DNA of 64,000 bases from Clostridia bacterium (GTDB taxonomy: Bacteria > Bacillota > Clostridia > CAKSNL01 > HGM11501). Both the position numbers and the translations under genes were made by a program. Every line of letters begins with the position of its first letter. Positions within the stretch are counted from its first letter, which is position 1. The notes under the pieces were generated by a model, which was given only the letters and a program-made list of their open reading frames with translations, was not told where the DNA came from and ran no database searches. Positions 27,077 to 37,196 of the stretch are shown here, in pieces. The stretch is from the NCBI GenBank assembly GCA_045545475.1, contig JAZQAZ010000017.1, positions 1 to 64,000 of the forward strand, given 5' to 3'.

Positions 27077-28669
27077 ATGAAAGTTTGCGTTATACAACCT
27101 TTGTATCCTACAGATTATTCAAGATCTGACGAAATGTTTTTATGGGAAATGGAAGCTATGGATAAATGTGACGGAAGTATGGATTTAATCGTGCTACCGG
27201 AATCTACCGACGTTCCTTGCTTCGCAAAAACAAGAGAAATGGCTCTTGAAAGCTATAAAAAATTTAACAGAAAACTTATCGAAAAAGCATCAGAAACTGC
27301 GAAAAGATGCAATGCGGTACTTTTTATAAATGCATATAAGGAGGTAGAAACCGGTCTCCGTAATACTACCTACGCTTTCGACAGAGAAGGCAAAATTGCA
27401 GGATATTATTTCAAGCAGCATTTGACACCCGGCGAAACAAGCGAAAGAAAGCTTGACAGCGACTATACCTTTGAATTTTCCGATACCGACATTATCACAA
27501 TCGACGGTGTACGTTATGCATTTTTAACCTGTTACGACTTTTATTTTTATGAGGCGTTTGCGAAAATCGCACTTGCACGCCCCGATATAATAATAGGATG
27601 CTCCCATCAGCGTTCCGATACGCACGAGGCACTTTCCATTATGTCAAAGTTCCTTGCTTATAATACCAACGCTTATGTGGTTCGTTCTTCCGTTTCCATG
27701 AATGAAGAAAGCACCATCGGTGGCGGAAGTATGGTGGTGTCACCGAAGGGAGAAATGCTTCTCAATATGGGAAGCAGGGTTGGTATGGAGTGCGTAGAAA
27801 TCAATCCCGAAGAAAAATATTATAAGCCAGGAGGTTTCGGAAACCCCGACATGGCTCATTTTGAATATATAGAAAAGGGACGCCGTCCCTGGAAATACCG
27901 TCCTGCGGGAAGTGCAATCGTAAAGCACGATGCTCTAATGCCATATCCCAGAATCTGTGCACACCGTGGATTTAACACTATAGCACCCGAAAACAGTATG
28001 CCTGCCTTTGGTGCGGCCATCGCCTTGGGTGCCGAAGAGATAGAGTTTGACCTTTGGTACACAAAGGACGGGGAAGTGGTATCGATTCACGATCCCGATC
28101 TTGACAGGGTGTCTGATGGTACTGGCAAGGTTTATGACCATACATATGAAGAGCTTTTAGCCTACGATTTCGGAATAAAATATTCCGAGGAATTTAAAGG
28201 ACTTAAGATAATCAAATTTGAAGAAATTCTTGAAAAGTTTGCCTGCCACGTAATTATGAATATTCATATTAAAAGCGTGGACAATGTAAATCCTCTGCCT
28301 GAGGAACATCTTAAAAAGATAATTGACCTTATAGATAAATATGACTGTGCGAAATACTCCTACTTTATGACGGGTAATGATGCGGTTCTTTCTCAGCTCA
28401 AGACTCTGGCACCCGATATATGCCGTTGCTGCGGCGGAGGGGATGCACCTTTAGAAATGGTTGAGCGCGGATTAAAATACGGCTGTAAGAAAATTCAGCT
28501 TGTAAACTGGGCATTTAATAAGGAAATGATTGATAAAGCCCACGAGAATGGAATGCGATGCACGATTTTCTGGGCAGATGAAACAGAGCAGGCGAAAAAA
28601 TATCTTGATATGGGTGTTGACGTAATTTTAACCAACGACTATCAGAGAATATCGCAGGTTATAAAGTGA
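27077..28669 (+). CDS. Carbon-nitrogen hydrolase (nitrilase fold) fused to glycerophosphodiester phosphodiesterase
   Basis: N-half LIVLPE, YFKQHL, TCYD (E-K-C triad); C-half CAHRG, APENS, EFD, IHD, ILTND; GGAGGTG RBS. Confidence 0.85.
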   Translation: MKVCVIQPLYPTDYSRSDEMFLWEMEAMDKCDGSMDLIVLPESTDVPCFAKTREMALESYKKFNRKLIEKASETAKRCNAVLFINAYKEVETGLRNTTYAFDREGKIAGYYFKQHLTPGETSERKLDSDYTFEFSDTDIITIDGVRYAFLTCYDFYFYEAFAKIALARPDIIIGCSHQRSDTHEALSIMSKFLAYNTNAYVVRSSVSMNEESTIGGGSMVVSPKGEMLLNMGSRVGMECVEINPEEKYYKPGGFGNPDMAHFEYIEKGRRPWKYRPAGSAIVKHDALMPYPRICAHRGFNTIAPENSMPAFGAAIALGAEEIEFDLWYTKDGEVVSIHDPDLDRVSDGTGKVYDHTYEELLAYDFGIKYSEEFKGLKIIKFEEILEKFACHVIMNIHIKSVDNVNPLPEEHLKKIIDLIDKYDCAKYSYFMTGNDAVLSQLKTLAPDICRCCGGGDAPLEMVERGLKYGCKKIQLVNWAFNKEMIDKAHENGMRCTIFWADETEQAKKYLDMGVDVILTNDYQRISQVIK

Positions 28670-28677
28670 GGGATTTT

Positions 28678-29517
28678 ATGAAGATCCACGAGATAAATAT
28701 AAGAGATCCATATATACTGCTTCACGAAGGTAAATATTATCTTTTCGGCTCGCAGGCGGGTGAGAGGGAAAATAGCCAGATAGGGTTTGATTGTTACATA
28801 AGCGATAATCTTGAGGATTTTTCTGAGCCAATCTCTGCATTTACCTATTACGAGGGATTTTTCTGCAAAAAAGAATACTGGGCACCGGAGGTTCATTTCT
28901 ATAACGGAAAGTTTTATATGTTTGCAACCTTCCACCCGGAAAACGAGAGACGCGGGACATTTATTTTGGTTTCCGACAAGGCAGAAGGTCCTTATAAAAT
29001 GCACTCTGAAAGAATAACTCCTGCTGACTGGGAGTGCCTGGACGGAACGCTTTATGTTGAAGGCGACACTCCTTATATGGTTTTCTGCCATGAATGGGCA
29101 CAGATAGGAAACGGAACTGTTTGCGGAGTTGAGCTTTCAGCTGACCTTAAAAAAGCGGTGGGCGAGCCATTTTTGATGTTTGATGCAAAAAGCGGCCCCT
29201 GGGTTGGAAATATCTTCGATAAAGAAGCTTATGTAACCGACGGTCCCTTTATGATAAAGAGGGAAGATGAGCTTATCTGCCTCTGGTCAAGCTTCGGAAA
29301 GTGCGGCTTCGATGGTGGCTATGCCGTAGGAAAGGTAATTTCCGAAAGCGGAAAAATTGTCGGACCGTGGAAGCATTGCGATAAGCCTTTATACGATAAG
29401 GACGGCGGGCACGGAATGCTCTTTAAGACAAAGGAAGGAGAAGAACTTTTTACATTCCATGCACCAAACCGCCCTGCAGGTGCGGAAAGACCAAAATTTA
29501 TTAAACTTGATTTATAA
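28678..29517 (+). CDS. GH43 glycoside hydrolase
   Basis: IRDP, WAPEV, CLDG, TDGP, GGHG. Confidence 0.85.
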   Translation: MKIHEINIRDPYILLHEGKYYLFGSQAGERENSQIGFDCYISDNLEDFSEPISAFTYYEGFFCKKEYWAPEVHFYNGKFYMFATFHPENERRGTFILVSDKAEGPYKMHSERITPADWECLDGTLYVEGDTPYMVFCHEWAQIGNGTVCGVELSADLKKAVGEPFLMFDAKSGPWVGNIFDKEAYVTDGPFMIKREDELICLWSSFGKCGFDGGYAVGKVISESGKIVGPWKHCDKPLYDKDGGHGMLFKTKEGEELFTFHAPNRPAGAERPKFIKLDL

Positions 29518-29532
29518 GAAAGCGGTGGTAAT

Positions 29533-31353
29533 ATGACAAAGGAACTTCTTGAAATTAAAAAAGACGGTTTTTACTTAAACGGCGAAAAGTTTTACGTTGT
29601 ATCCGGTGACATTCAGTATTTCAGAATCTATCCCACAGAATGGCACCGTCATTTTAAGCTGGCAAAGGATTTCGGACTTACCTGCATACAGACCTATGTG
29701 CCCTGGATGCTTCACGAGCCTGAAAAAGGAAAGTTTGATTTTACAGGCAGACTTGATATCTGTGCTTTCCTTGATATGGCGGCAGAATACGGCTTTAAGG
29801 TGTTGCTTCGTCCCGCTCCATACATCTGCGGAGAGTGTGAATTCGGCGGACTTCCGCCCTGGCTGCTCTTTGAGGATGATATCGAAATAAGAAGCCGTGA
29901 CGAAAAGTACTTAAAGCACGTTGTTGAATACTATGATGTATTACTCCAAAAGGTACGCCCCTATCTTTCTACCAATGGCGGTCCCATCATAATGGCGGCA
30001 ATCGAAAATGAATATGGCGGTGCGGGCTATGATAAGGTTTATTTAAAGGCACTTTATGATATGTTAAGAGAACGTGGAATTGACGTTCCTTTATACACCA
30101 CAGATAACTCCCAGGCGATGCTTAACATCGGCGGTCTTGATAACGTAATGAAGGGCTCGAACTTCAGAGGCTATGACGGTGAGGCTACAAGATTTGCAGA
30201 CTATACCGAAAAAGCATTCCCGGACATTCCATTCTTTGTGGGAGAGCTTTGGGCAGGACGTGCTATTTACTGGGGGGAACCCTATCATAAGAGAGATCCT
30301 AAGCTTGCGGTGGATGCCTTTAAGGAATGCCTCGGACGCGGATTTGTAAACTTCTATATGTTCTCGGGCGGTACAAACTTCGGATTTTCTTCCGGTGCAA
30401 TAATCGGAAAGTCCTTTACGCCCCGCCCCGATACACCGGTAAGATTTATTGCCCACACCACAAGCTATGACGAGGATTCTCCTGTTTCCGAGGGCGGTAT
30501 TCCCACGGAAAAGTATTATCTTTGCAGGGAGGCTCTTGATGAATTTTTAGGCAAAGAAGTAAGGAAGGACAGAACTTTTCCCTTCGATTACGAAGTGCAG
30601 ACTCCTGAAATCAGGCTTACGGAATGTGCCCGTCTTTTTGACAATATAGATAATTTAACCGTTAATGAAATAGAGCGTCCCAATGTCAGAACTATGGAAT
30701 ACTTAAAGCAGCAGCGCGGATTTATAATGTACTCAACAGACATTGAAACCTGGGAAACTGCAGAAAGCTATCGTCTTACACTTGTCGGTGTTCATGACCG
30801 AGCTGTTGTGTTTGACAATGAAAATTTCATTGGCGAAGTGCTCAGAGGAAGAAAGGAAGAGTCTCTCATGGTTGATATGAAGGGCAGAAGCCCCCATATC
30901 GACATACTGGTTGAGGATATTGCAAGACTTAACACCACCAAGGAAATCGACAACGACAGAAAGGGTATTACCCGTTATGTAATGTTTGATGCCGCAAAGC
31001 TTTACGGCTGGAAGATGCGCTCACTTCCCATGGAGGATATTTCAAAGGTAGAGTATAAAAAGGCAGACGATTTCACCTTTAAGGAAAACGATCCCATATT
31101 CTATAAGGGTACCTTCGATGCCAAGGCAGGCGTTGATACCTATCTTGATATGAGGTCATGGGAGAGAGGCTTTGTTGTAATTAACGGCTTCAACCTCGGT
31201 CGTTTCTGGGGCGTTGGCCCTCAGTATACCCTTTTTGTACCCGGAGGACTTCTTAAAGATAAGGACAATGTAATTGAAATCTTCGAGGTGAGTCCCAAGG
31301 AGAAAAAAGAAATGGTAGGAACATTAACAGAGCCCATTATGGAAGGCGACTGA
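29533..31353 (+). CDS. GH35 beta-galactosidase
   Basis: TYVPW..HEP, RPAPYICGE, IENEYG, NFYMFSGGTNFG, TSYD, NLGRFW.VGPQ. Confidence 0.92.
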   Translation: MTKELLEIKKDGFYLNGEKFYVVSGDIQYFRIYPTEWHRHFKLAKDFGLTCIQTYVPWMLHEPEKGKFDFTGRLDICAFLDMAAEYGFKVLLRPAPYICGECEFGGLPPWLLFEDDIEIRSRDEKYLKHVVEYYDVLLQKVRPYLSTNGGPIIMAAIENEYGGAGYDKVYLKALYDMLRERGIDVPLYTTDNSQAMLNIGGLDNVMKGSNFRGYDGEATRFADYTEKAFPDIPFFVGELWAGRAIYWGEPYHKRDPKLAVDAFKECLGRGFVNFYMFSGGTNFGFSSGAIIGKSFTPRPDTPVRFIAHTTSYDEDSPVSEGGIPTEKYYLCREALDEFLGKEVRKDRTFPFDYEVQTPEIRLTECARLFDNIDNLTVNEIERPNVRTMEYLKQQRGFIMYSTDIETWETAESYRLTLVGVHDRAVVFDNENFIGEVLRGRKEESLMVDMKGRSPHIDILVEDIARLNTTKEIDNDRKGITRYVMFDAAKLYGWKMRSLPMEDISKVEYKKADDFTFKENDPIFYKGTFDAKAGVDTYLDMRSWERGFVVINGFNLGRFWGVGPQYTLFVPGGLLKDKDNVIEIFEVSPKEKKEMVGTLTEPIMEGD

Positions 31354-31357
31354 TATT

Positions 31358-31396
31358 AATACTCCCAATCACTTGTGATTGGGAGTATTTTTTTTA
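31358..31396 (+). terminator. Intrinsic terminator
   Basis: AATACTCCCAATCAC / GTGATTGGGAGTATT with U tract. Confidence 0.85.
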
Positions 31397-31426
31397 GTTT
31401 CGGAAAAACTTTCGATTCAAAACCTA

Positions 31427-31455
31427 TTGACATGATAAACGAAAAAAAGTATAAT
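31427..31455 (+). promoter_or_regulatory. Perfect-consensus sigmaA promoter of the GH39 triplet
   Basis: TTGACA-N17-TATAAT. Confidence 0.8.
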
Positions 31456-31493
31456 GTGCCTATAAAGGAAAAAAGAAAACGGAGGAATGGAAA

Positions 31494-32816
31494 GTGGCTA
31501 AAATAACGGCGGATTTTACGAAAATAACAGGCAGAATAAAGCCGATGCACGGCGTGGGACAGCCTCCCATAACGGGACTTACCAACGAAATGTTTCATTA
31601 CCTTAAGGAAGCGGGGATTCCTTATGCCCGTCTTCACGATGTCGGAGGAATGTTCGGAGGCGGCTGCTTTGTTGATATTCCGAATCTTTTTCCCGACTTT
31701 GATGCAGATGTAAAAGATCCGGCAAGCTATACTTTTGAATTTACCGACAAATTAATCGAAGGTCTTATGGAAAACGGCTGTGAGCCCTTCTTCCGTCTCG
31801 GCATAACCATAGAAAATTATGTTGATGTAAGAGCATACAGGGTTGACCCGCCCAAGGATTTTGATAAGTGGGCGAGAATCTGTGAGCAGGTTATAAGGCA
31901 CTATAACGAAGGCTGGGCAAACGGCTATAACTATGATATAAAATACTGGGAAATATGGAATGAGCCTGAAGGAAAGGCTATGTGGAACGCACCGTTTTCA
32001 GAATACTGCCGTTTATATGATATTACAAGCAAGCACTTAAAGGAGTGCTTTGGCGATAAAATAAAGGTGGGTGGTTATGCCTCCTGCGGATTTTACGCCC
32101 TTGATAAGGATCTTGAAATGACGGGAATCGGCCTTGATCCTTCCAACACTATGGAACGTTATATAAAAAACTTCTACACCTTTATGGAATATGTGTCGGA
32201 GCACAAATGTCCTCTTGACTTTTTCTCCTGGCATTCTTATTCTGCCGTTCACGCTGTAAAGCGCTATGGGGAGTACAGCCATAAAATCCTCGAAAAGTAC
32301 GGCTATGGCAATATTGAAGAAATATTGAACGAATGGAACCCCTGCCACACTATGGAGAATAAAAAAGGCGGCTGGGCGGCGGCACAAAATCTTGCTATGA
32401 TGCTCGGTATGCAAAAGAGCACCCTTACCATGATGAATTATTACGATGCAAGATGCGGCAGCTCTATTTTCTCCGGGATGTTCAATCCTGATACAAAGAA
32501 GCCCTATCCCAACTACTACGGCTTTATGTCCTTCAACAGCTTATATAGGCTTGAAAACGAAATAGAGGCAGAATCTGATGATGCCAACCTTTTTGTAGGC
32601 GGAGCAACAGACGGCAAGAAGAAGGTTTTACTTCTTTCCAATATCAACGGAACGGAAACAGAAACCGAGTTTTGCATAAATGGTGCCGACATTTCGGATG
32701 TTGAAATTTTAATGATTAATGACGAATATGAATATTCTCCCACGGGCAAAGAATTTGTTGACGGAAAGCTTGTGATTCCTCCGCATACCTGCGTGGAAAT
32801 CAAGTTTTATGCATAA
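31494..32816 (+). CDS. GH39-like glycoside hydrolase, paralog 2
   Basis: RLHD, FFRLG, YWEIWNEP, LDFFSWH, LNEWN. Confidence 0.8.
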   Translation: MAKITADFTKITGRIKPMHGVGQPPITGLTNEMFHYLKEAGIPYARLHDVGGMFGGGCFVDIPNLFPDFDADVKDPASYTFEFTDKLIEGLMENGCEPFFRLGITIENYVDVRAYRVDPPKDFDKWARICEQVIRHYNEGWANGYNYDIKYWEIWNEPEGKAMWNAPFSEYCRLYDITSKHLKECFGDKIKVGGYASCGFYALDKDLEMTGIGLDPSNTMERYIKNFYTFMEYVSEHKCPLDFFSWHSYSAVHAVKRYGEYSHKILEKYGYGNIEEILNEWNPCHTMENKKGGWAAAQNLAMMLGMQKSTLTMMNYYDARCGSSIFSGMFNPDTKKPYPNYYGFMSFNSLYRLENEIEAESDDANLFVGGATDGKKKVLLLSNINGTETETEFCINGADISDVEILMINDEYEYSPTGKEFVDGKLVIPPHTCVEIKFYA

Positions 32817-32826
32817 GGAGAGCACT

Positions 32827-34149
32827 ATGACTAAAATAAAAGCTGATTTTACAAAGATAACAGGAAAGATAAAGCCGATGCACGGCGTGGGACAGCCGCC
32901 TATGAACTTTGGCTCGGAAGAGCTTTTCCACTATCTTAAAGAAGCGGGCATTCCGTACTCCCGCCTTCACGATGTGGGCGGATGGCTTGGTGGAGGACTT
33001 TATGCCGACATTCCAAATCTTTTCCCCGACTTTGATGCGGACGAAAATGACCCTGCCAATTACACCTTTGAATTTACGGATATGCTCATCGGTTATCTTA
33101 TGAAAGTGAACTGTGAGCCTTTCTTCCGCCTTGGCGTAACCATTGAAAACCGCTGGGATTTACGCTCTTTTCGTGTATTTCCTCCCAAGGACTTTCATAA
33201 GTGGGCAAGAATTTGCGAGCACGTTATAAGACACTATAACGAAGGCTGGGCAAACGGCTTTACATACGGAATAGAATATTGGGAAATATGGAACGAGCCT
33301 GAAGGAAACCCCATGTGGCAAGGAACCTTTGAAGAGTACTGCGAGCTTTACGATATATCAAGCAAGCATCTTAAAAACTGCTTTGGCGATAAGATAAAGG
33401 TAGGCGGCTATGCCTCCTGCGGATTTTATGCCATCGACAAGGACCCTGATATGACAGGCATCGGGCTTGATCCGAAAAATACAAAAGAAAGCTACCTGGT
33501 AAACTTTCATAACTTTATGAAATATGTGTCCGAGCACAAATGCCCTCTTGACTTTTTCTCCTGGCATTCCTATTCTGCTGTTCACGATGTTAAAAGATAT
33601 GCTTCTTATTGTCACAGCGTTCTTGAAAAATTCGGCTACGGCAATATTGAAGAAATCATAAACGAGTGGAACCCCTGCCATACCATAAAAAATAAACGTG
33701 GCGGCTGGGCGGCGGCACAAAACCTTGCGATGATGCTTGGTATGCAGAAATCTTCCGTCACTATGATGCATTATTACGATGCACAAATAAGCTATTCCAT
33801 TTTCTCAGGAATGTTCAATCCTGACCTTGGAATTCCTTATCCCAACTACTACGGCTTTATGTCCTTTAACAGTTTATATAAGCTTAAAGACGAGGTTTTC
33901 ACAGAAACGGACGATGAAAATTTATTCATAGCCGGTGCGACAAACGGAAAGAAAAAGGTTCTTGTTATGTCAAACATCAACAATAAGGAAATAACGGCAG
34001 AGTTTGACATAACCGGGGCGGATGTTTCAGACGTTGACATATTTATGATAAATGACGAATACACTTACACGCTTACAGGCAAGGAAATAGTTGACGGAAA
34101 GCTTGTAATTCCCGCCAACACCTGCGTGGAAATTAAATTTTATAATTAA
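32827..34149 (+). CDS. GH39-like glycoside hydrolase, paralog 3 (close duplicate of paralog 2)
   Basis: Same motifs; long near-identical stretches with 31494-32816; AAGGAG RBS before ATG 32827. Confidence 0.8.
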   Translation: MTKIKADFTKITGKIKPMHGVGQPPMNFGSEELFHYLKEAGIPYSRLHDVGGWLGGGLYADIPNLFPDFDADENDPANYTFEFTDMLIGYLMKVNCEPFFRLGVTIENRWDLRSFRVFPPKDFHKWARICEHVIRHYNEGWANGFTYGIEYWEIWNEPEGNPMWQGTFEEYCELYDISSKHLKNCFGDKIKVGGYASCGFYAIDKDPDMTGIGLDPKNTKESYLVNFHNFMKYVSEHKCPLDFFSWHSYSAVHDVKRYASYCHSVLEKFGYGNIEEIINEWNPCHTIKNKRGGWAAAQNLAMMLGMQKSSVTMMHYYDAQISYSIFSGMFNPDLGIPYPNYYGFMSFNSLYKLKDEVFTETDDENLFIAGATNGKKKVLVMSNINNKEITAEFDITGADVSDVDIFMINDEYTYTLTGKEIVDGKLVIPANTCVEIKFYN

Positions 34150-34160
34150 GGAGAGTTTTT

Positions 34161-35507
34161 ATGAACAGTGTAAAGGTTGACTTTTCCAAAATCAAAGGCG
34201 AAATGAAGGCACTTCACGGTGTATGCTGTGCACCATATTCCATTAATGCCGGTCCCAATCAGGGAGCGATTGACAAATACTTCAAACAGGGGCATATTCC
34301 TTATTGCCGTCTTCACGACTGCACCGGCGGCTATGGCGGAACATACTTTATTGATATTCCCAATGTGTTCCCCGATTTTGATGCGGACGAAAACGATCCC
34401 GCAAATTATGATTTCCATTACAGCGATGAATACATAAAGGCAATCCAGGATTCCGGCTGCGAAGCTTACTACCGCCTTGGTGTTACGATTGAGTGGGGAA
34501 GTAAAAAATATACTTCTGTTATGCCTTCTGACTTTTCAAAGTGGGCAAGAATTTGCGAACATATAATAATGCACTATAACAAGGGTTGGGCAGACGGCTT
34601 TGAATATGACCTTAAATACTGGGAAATATGGAACGAGCCCGAAAACCCGGGAAATCAGTGGGGCCCCTGCCAGTGGAGCGGAACAAAAGAAGAGTTTTAT
34701 GACCTTTACAGAGTATCTTCCAAATACCTTAAGGAAAAGTTTCCTGAAATTAAAATCGGAGGCTATGGCTCCTGTGGCTTTTACGCTGTTACAAGGGAGA
34801 AAATTCCTGAAGGACATAAGACCTTTGTGCCTTACTTTACAGACTTCCTCAAAATGATAAAGGAAGAAAAACTTCCTCTTGACTTCTTTTCCTGGCATAT
34901 TTATACCGGCGATGAGCTTGAATTACTTGCTCACGCAAAGTATGTAAGGGAGACACTTGATTCATATGGCCTTAATGAAACAGAGTCTCATCTTAATGAA
35001 TGGAACATCCACGCCGAGGGAAGAGGCTTCCCCTCTAAGCACACAATGGAAGGTGCAAGCTTCAATGCGGCAGTTCTTTCAATGCTTCAGGAAACTCCCT
35101 ATCTTGATAAGGCGATGTATTATGCTTTTCAGTATAGGACAGGCTACAACGGATTTACTAACCCCATCACTCATGAAGCGCAGTATCCCTGGTTCTCCTT
35201 TGTGGCATTCGGCGAGCTTTATTCCCTTAAAAATCACGTTGATGTAGCTGTGGAAGGTGAGTACATCTATGCAACTGCGGCAACAAACGGAAAAACTTCC
35301 GGCGTTCTTTTATCGAACTTCAAAAACGAGGATGGCGTAATTAAAACCGAGCTTACGGGAATCCCCGAAAATGCAACGGTTACACTTTACCGTATAAGAG
35401 AGGGAGAAATGCTTAAGGAGGATTTCTCTGTTTCTGCATCGGGAAATCTCGCACTTAAGATAAACCTTCCATTATGGCAGGTAGCATACTTAAAAATAGA
35501 AGCATGA
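34161..35507 (+). CDS. GH39-like glycoside hydrolase, paralog 4
   Basis: RLHD, YYRLG, YWEIWNEP, LDFFSWH, LNEWN. Confidence 0.8.
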   Translation: MNSVKVDFSKIKGEMKALHGVCCAPYSINAGPNQGAIDKYFKQGHIPYCRLHDCTGGYGGTYFIDIPNVFPDFDADENDPANYDFHYSDEYIKAIQDSGCEAYYRLGVTIEWGSKKYTSVMPSDFSKWARICEHIIMHYNKGWADGFEYDLKYWEIWNEPENPGNQWGPCQWSGTKEEFYDLYRVSSKYLKEKFPEIKIGGYGSCGFYAVTREKIPEGHKTFVPYFTDFLKMIKEEKLPLDFFSWHIYTGDELELLAHAKYVRETLDSYGLNETESHLNEWNIHAEGRGFPSKHTMEGASFNAAVLSMLQETPYLDKAMYYAFQYRTGYNGFTNPITHEAQYPWFSFVAFGELYSLKNHVDVAVEGEYIYATAATNGKTSGVLLSNFKNEDGVIKTELTGIPENATVTLYRIREGEMLKEDFSVSASGNLALKINLPLWQVAYLKIEA

Positions 35508-35631
35508 TTATAAGGAGATACTTTTAATAAGTATCTCCTTTTTATAAGTGACAAAATTACATGTTTTGGTGACATATTTCTATTGCTTTTTTTTATGCAA
35601 AGCGGTATACTTTAAAAAGGAGGTGGGATTT

Positions 35632-37179
35632 GTGTCCGGAAATTTGTTTAAGTGGCTTGACTATTGCGATGATATAAGATATTACTGTGACGAAGAAGAC
35701 AGAGGAGATGCAAAAGTTAAGTTTTATTCCCACGGCGAAACGATGGAAATGTATGTTGCCGCAGAAAAAAGCCGTGTGCGGAAGATTGAACTGAGATGGA
35801 AAAGAAAAACGGAGCATCCCGTATATGTTTTAGGCGATTCCTGGGAGAGAGCCTGCGGAAACCTTTCCTGGCACCCCTTAAGCGGTGAGCGTGCTATGCC
35901 ATGGTATTTCCTGGCAACTGACGGAAGCAGGACATTGGGTGTAGGTGTTAAGACAGGAGCATCAAGTTACGTATGCTTTTCGTGTGATGCATCGGGTATA
36001 ACTGCGTCGGTTGATTTAAGGTGCGGCGGAGTCGGAGTTGACCTTTCGGGAAGAGAAATTCTTGCCTGCACCTTCTTTAGCAAAGTATATTACGATATTT
36101 CGCAATTTGAAGCAGCAAAGGAATTCTGCCGCCTTTTATGTGACAATCCCATACTTCCGAAAGAGCCTGTTTACGGCGGCAATAACTGGTATTATGCTTA
36201 CGGCAAATCAAGCTATGAAGAAATTATGGCAGATGCCCGTTTGATAGCACACCTTGCGGGAGACAACAAAAACCGCCCATTTATGGTAATAGATGACGGC
36301 TGGCAGATTAATCCCTGCGACGGACCATGGCTACCCAATGAAAAGTTTGGCGACATGAAAAAGATTGCCGACGAATTCAAAGCTATGGGTGTACGCCCTG
36401 GAATATGGTTCCGCCCACTTATGAATACCGCTGTTCAGGCGGAGCATCCCGACTGGTGTCTTGTCAGAGGAAATTCGCGGTGTCTGGATCCGTCTCATCC
36501 CGAGGTTAAGAAGCTAATAAAGGAAGATGTTGAAAGAATAAAAAGCTGGGGCTTTGAGCTTATCAAGCACGATTTTACTAACTTTGATGTAAACGGAAGC
36601 TATTCGTATGACCTTAAAGGAAGCATAACTAATTTTTCGGGATGGTCATTTTATGATAATAAAAAGACCGGTGCGGAAATTTTAAGGGAGCTTTATAAGC
36701 TCATAAAGGAAACTGCTGGAGATATATACATTATCGGCTGTAACACATCACCTCACCTTTGTGCAGGATATGTGGAGATAAACCGCGTGGGAAATGACAC
36801 CAGCGGTAAGATGTGGAACTATAACAGAAAGAACGGACTTAATTCTCTTGCGTTCAGGCTTTGTCAGGACAATGCTTTTTACAAGGTGGATGCCGACTGT
36901 GTGGGAATATTTGGAGATAACATCCCCTGGGAATTGAACCGTCAGTGGCTTGATATTTTATCAAGAAGCGGAACACCTCTGTTTGTGGCAGTCGAGCCTT
37001 CGGCTATGACTCCGCAAATGGAGAGGGACTTAAAGGAAGCCTTCAGAATAAATTCCCTTCAGGAGGATGTGGCAGAACCCCTTGACTGGATGTATAACAC
37101 CAGCCCTCAAAACTGGATGATAAACGGACAACGGTATGAATATGACTTTTTTATGGATGAATATCCCGAAATAAAGTGA
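35632..37179 (+). CDS. GH36/GH27-like (clan D) alpha-galactosidase-type hydrolase, paralog 1
   Basis: NNWY, VIDDGWQ, GIWFRP, LDPSHP, IKHDF, RVGNDT; AGGAGGTG RBS before GTG 35632. Confidence 0.8.
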   Translation: MSGNLFKWLDYCDDIRYYCDEEDRGDAKVKFYSHGETMEMYVAAEKSRVRKIELRWKRKTEHPVYVLGDSWERACGNLSWHPLSGERAMPWYFLATDGSRTLGVGVKTGASSYVCFSCDASGITASVDLRCGGVGVDLSGREILACTFFSKVYYDISQFEAAKEFCRLLCDNPILPKEPVYGGNNWYYAYGKSSYEEIMADARLIAHLAGDNKNRPFMVIDDGWQINPCDGPWLPNEKFGDMKKIADEFKAMGVRPGIWFRPLMNTAVQAEHPDWCLVRGNSRCLDPSHPEVKKLIKEDVERIKSWGFELIKHDFTNFDVNGSYSYDLKGSITNFSGWSFYDNKKTGAEILRELYKLIKETAGDIYIIGCNTSPHLCAGYVEINRVGNDTSGKMWNYNRKNGLNSLAFRLCQDNAFYKVDADCVGIFGDNIPWELNRQWLDILSRSGTPLFVAVEPSAMTPQMERDLKEAFRINSLQEDVAEPLDWMYNTSPQNWMINGQRYEYDFFMDEYPEIK

Positions 37180-37196
37180 CGAAAGGATAGAGGAAA

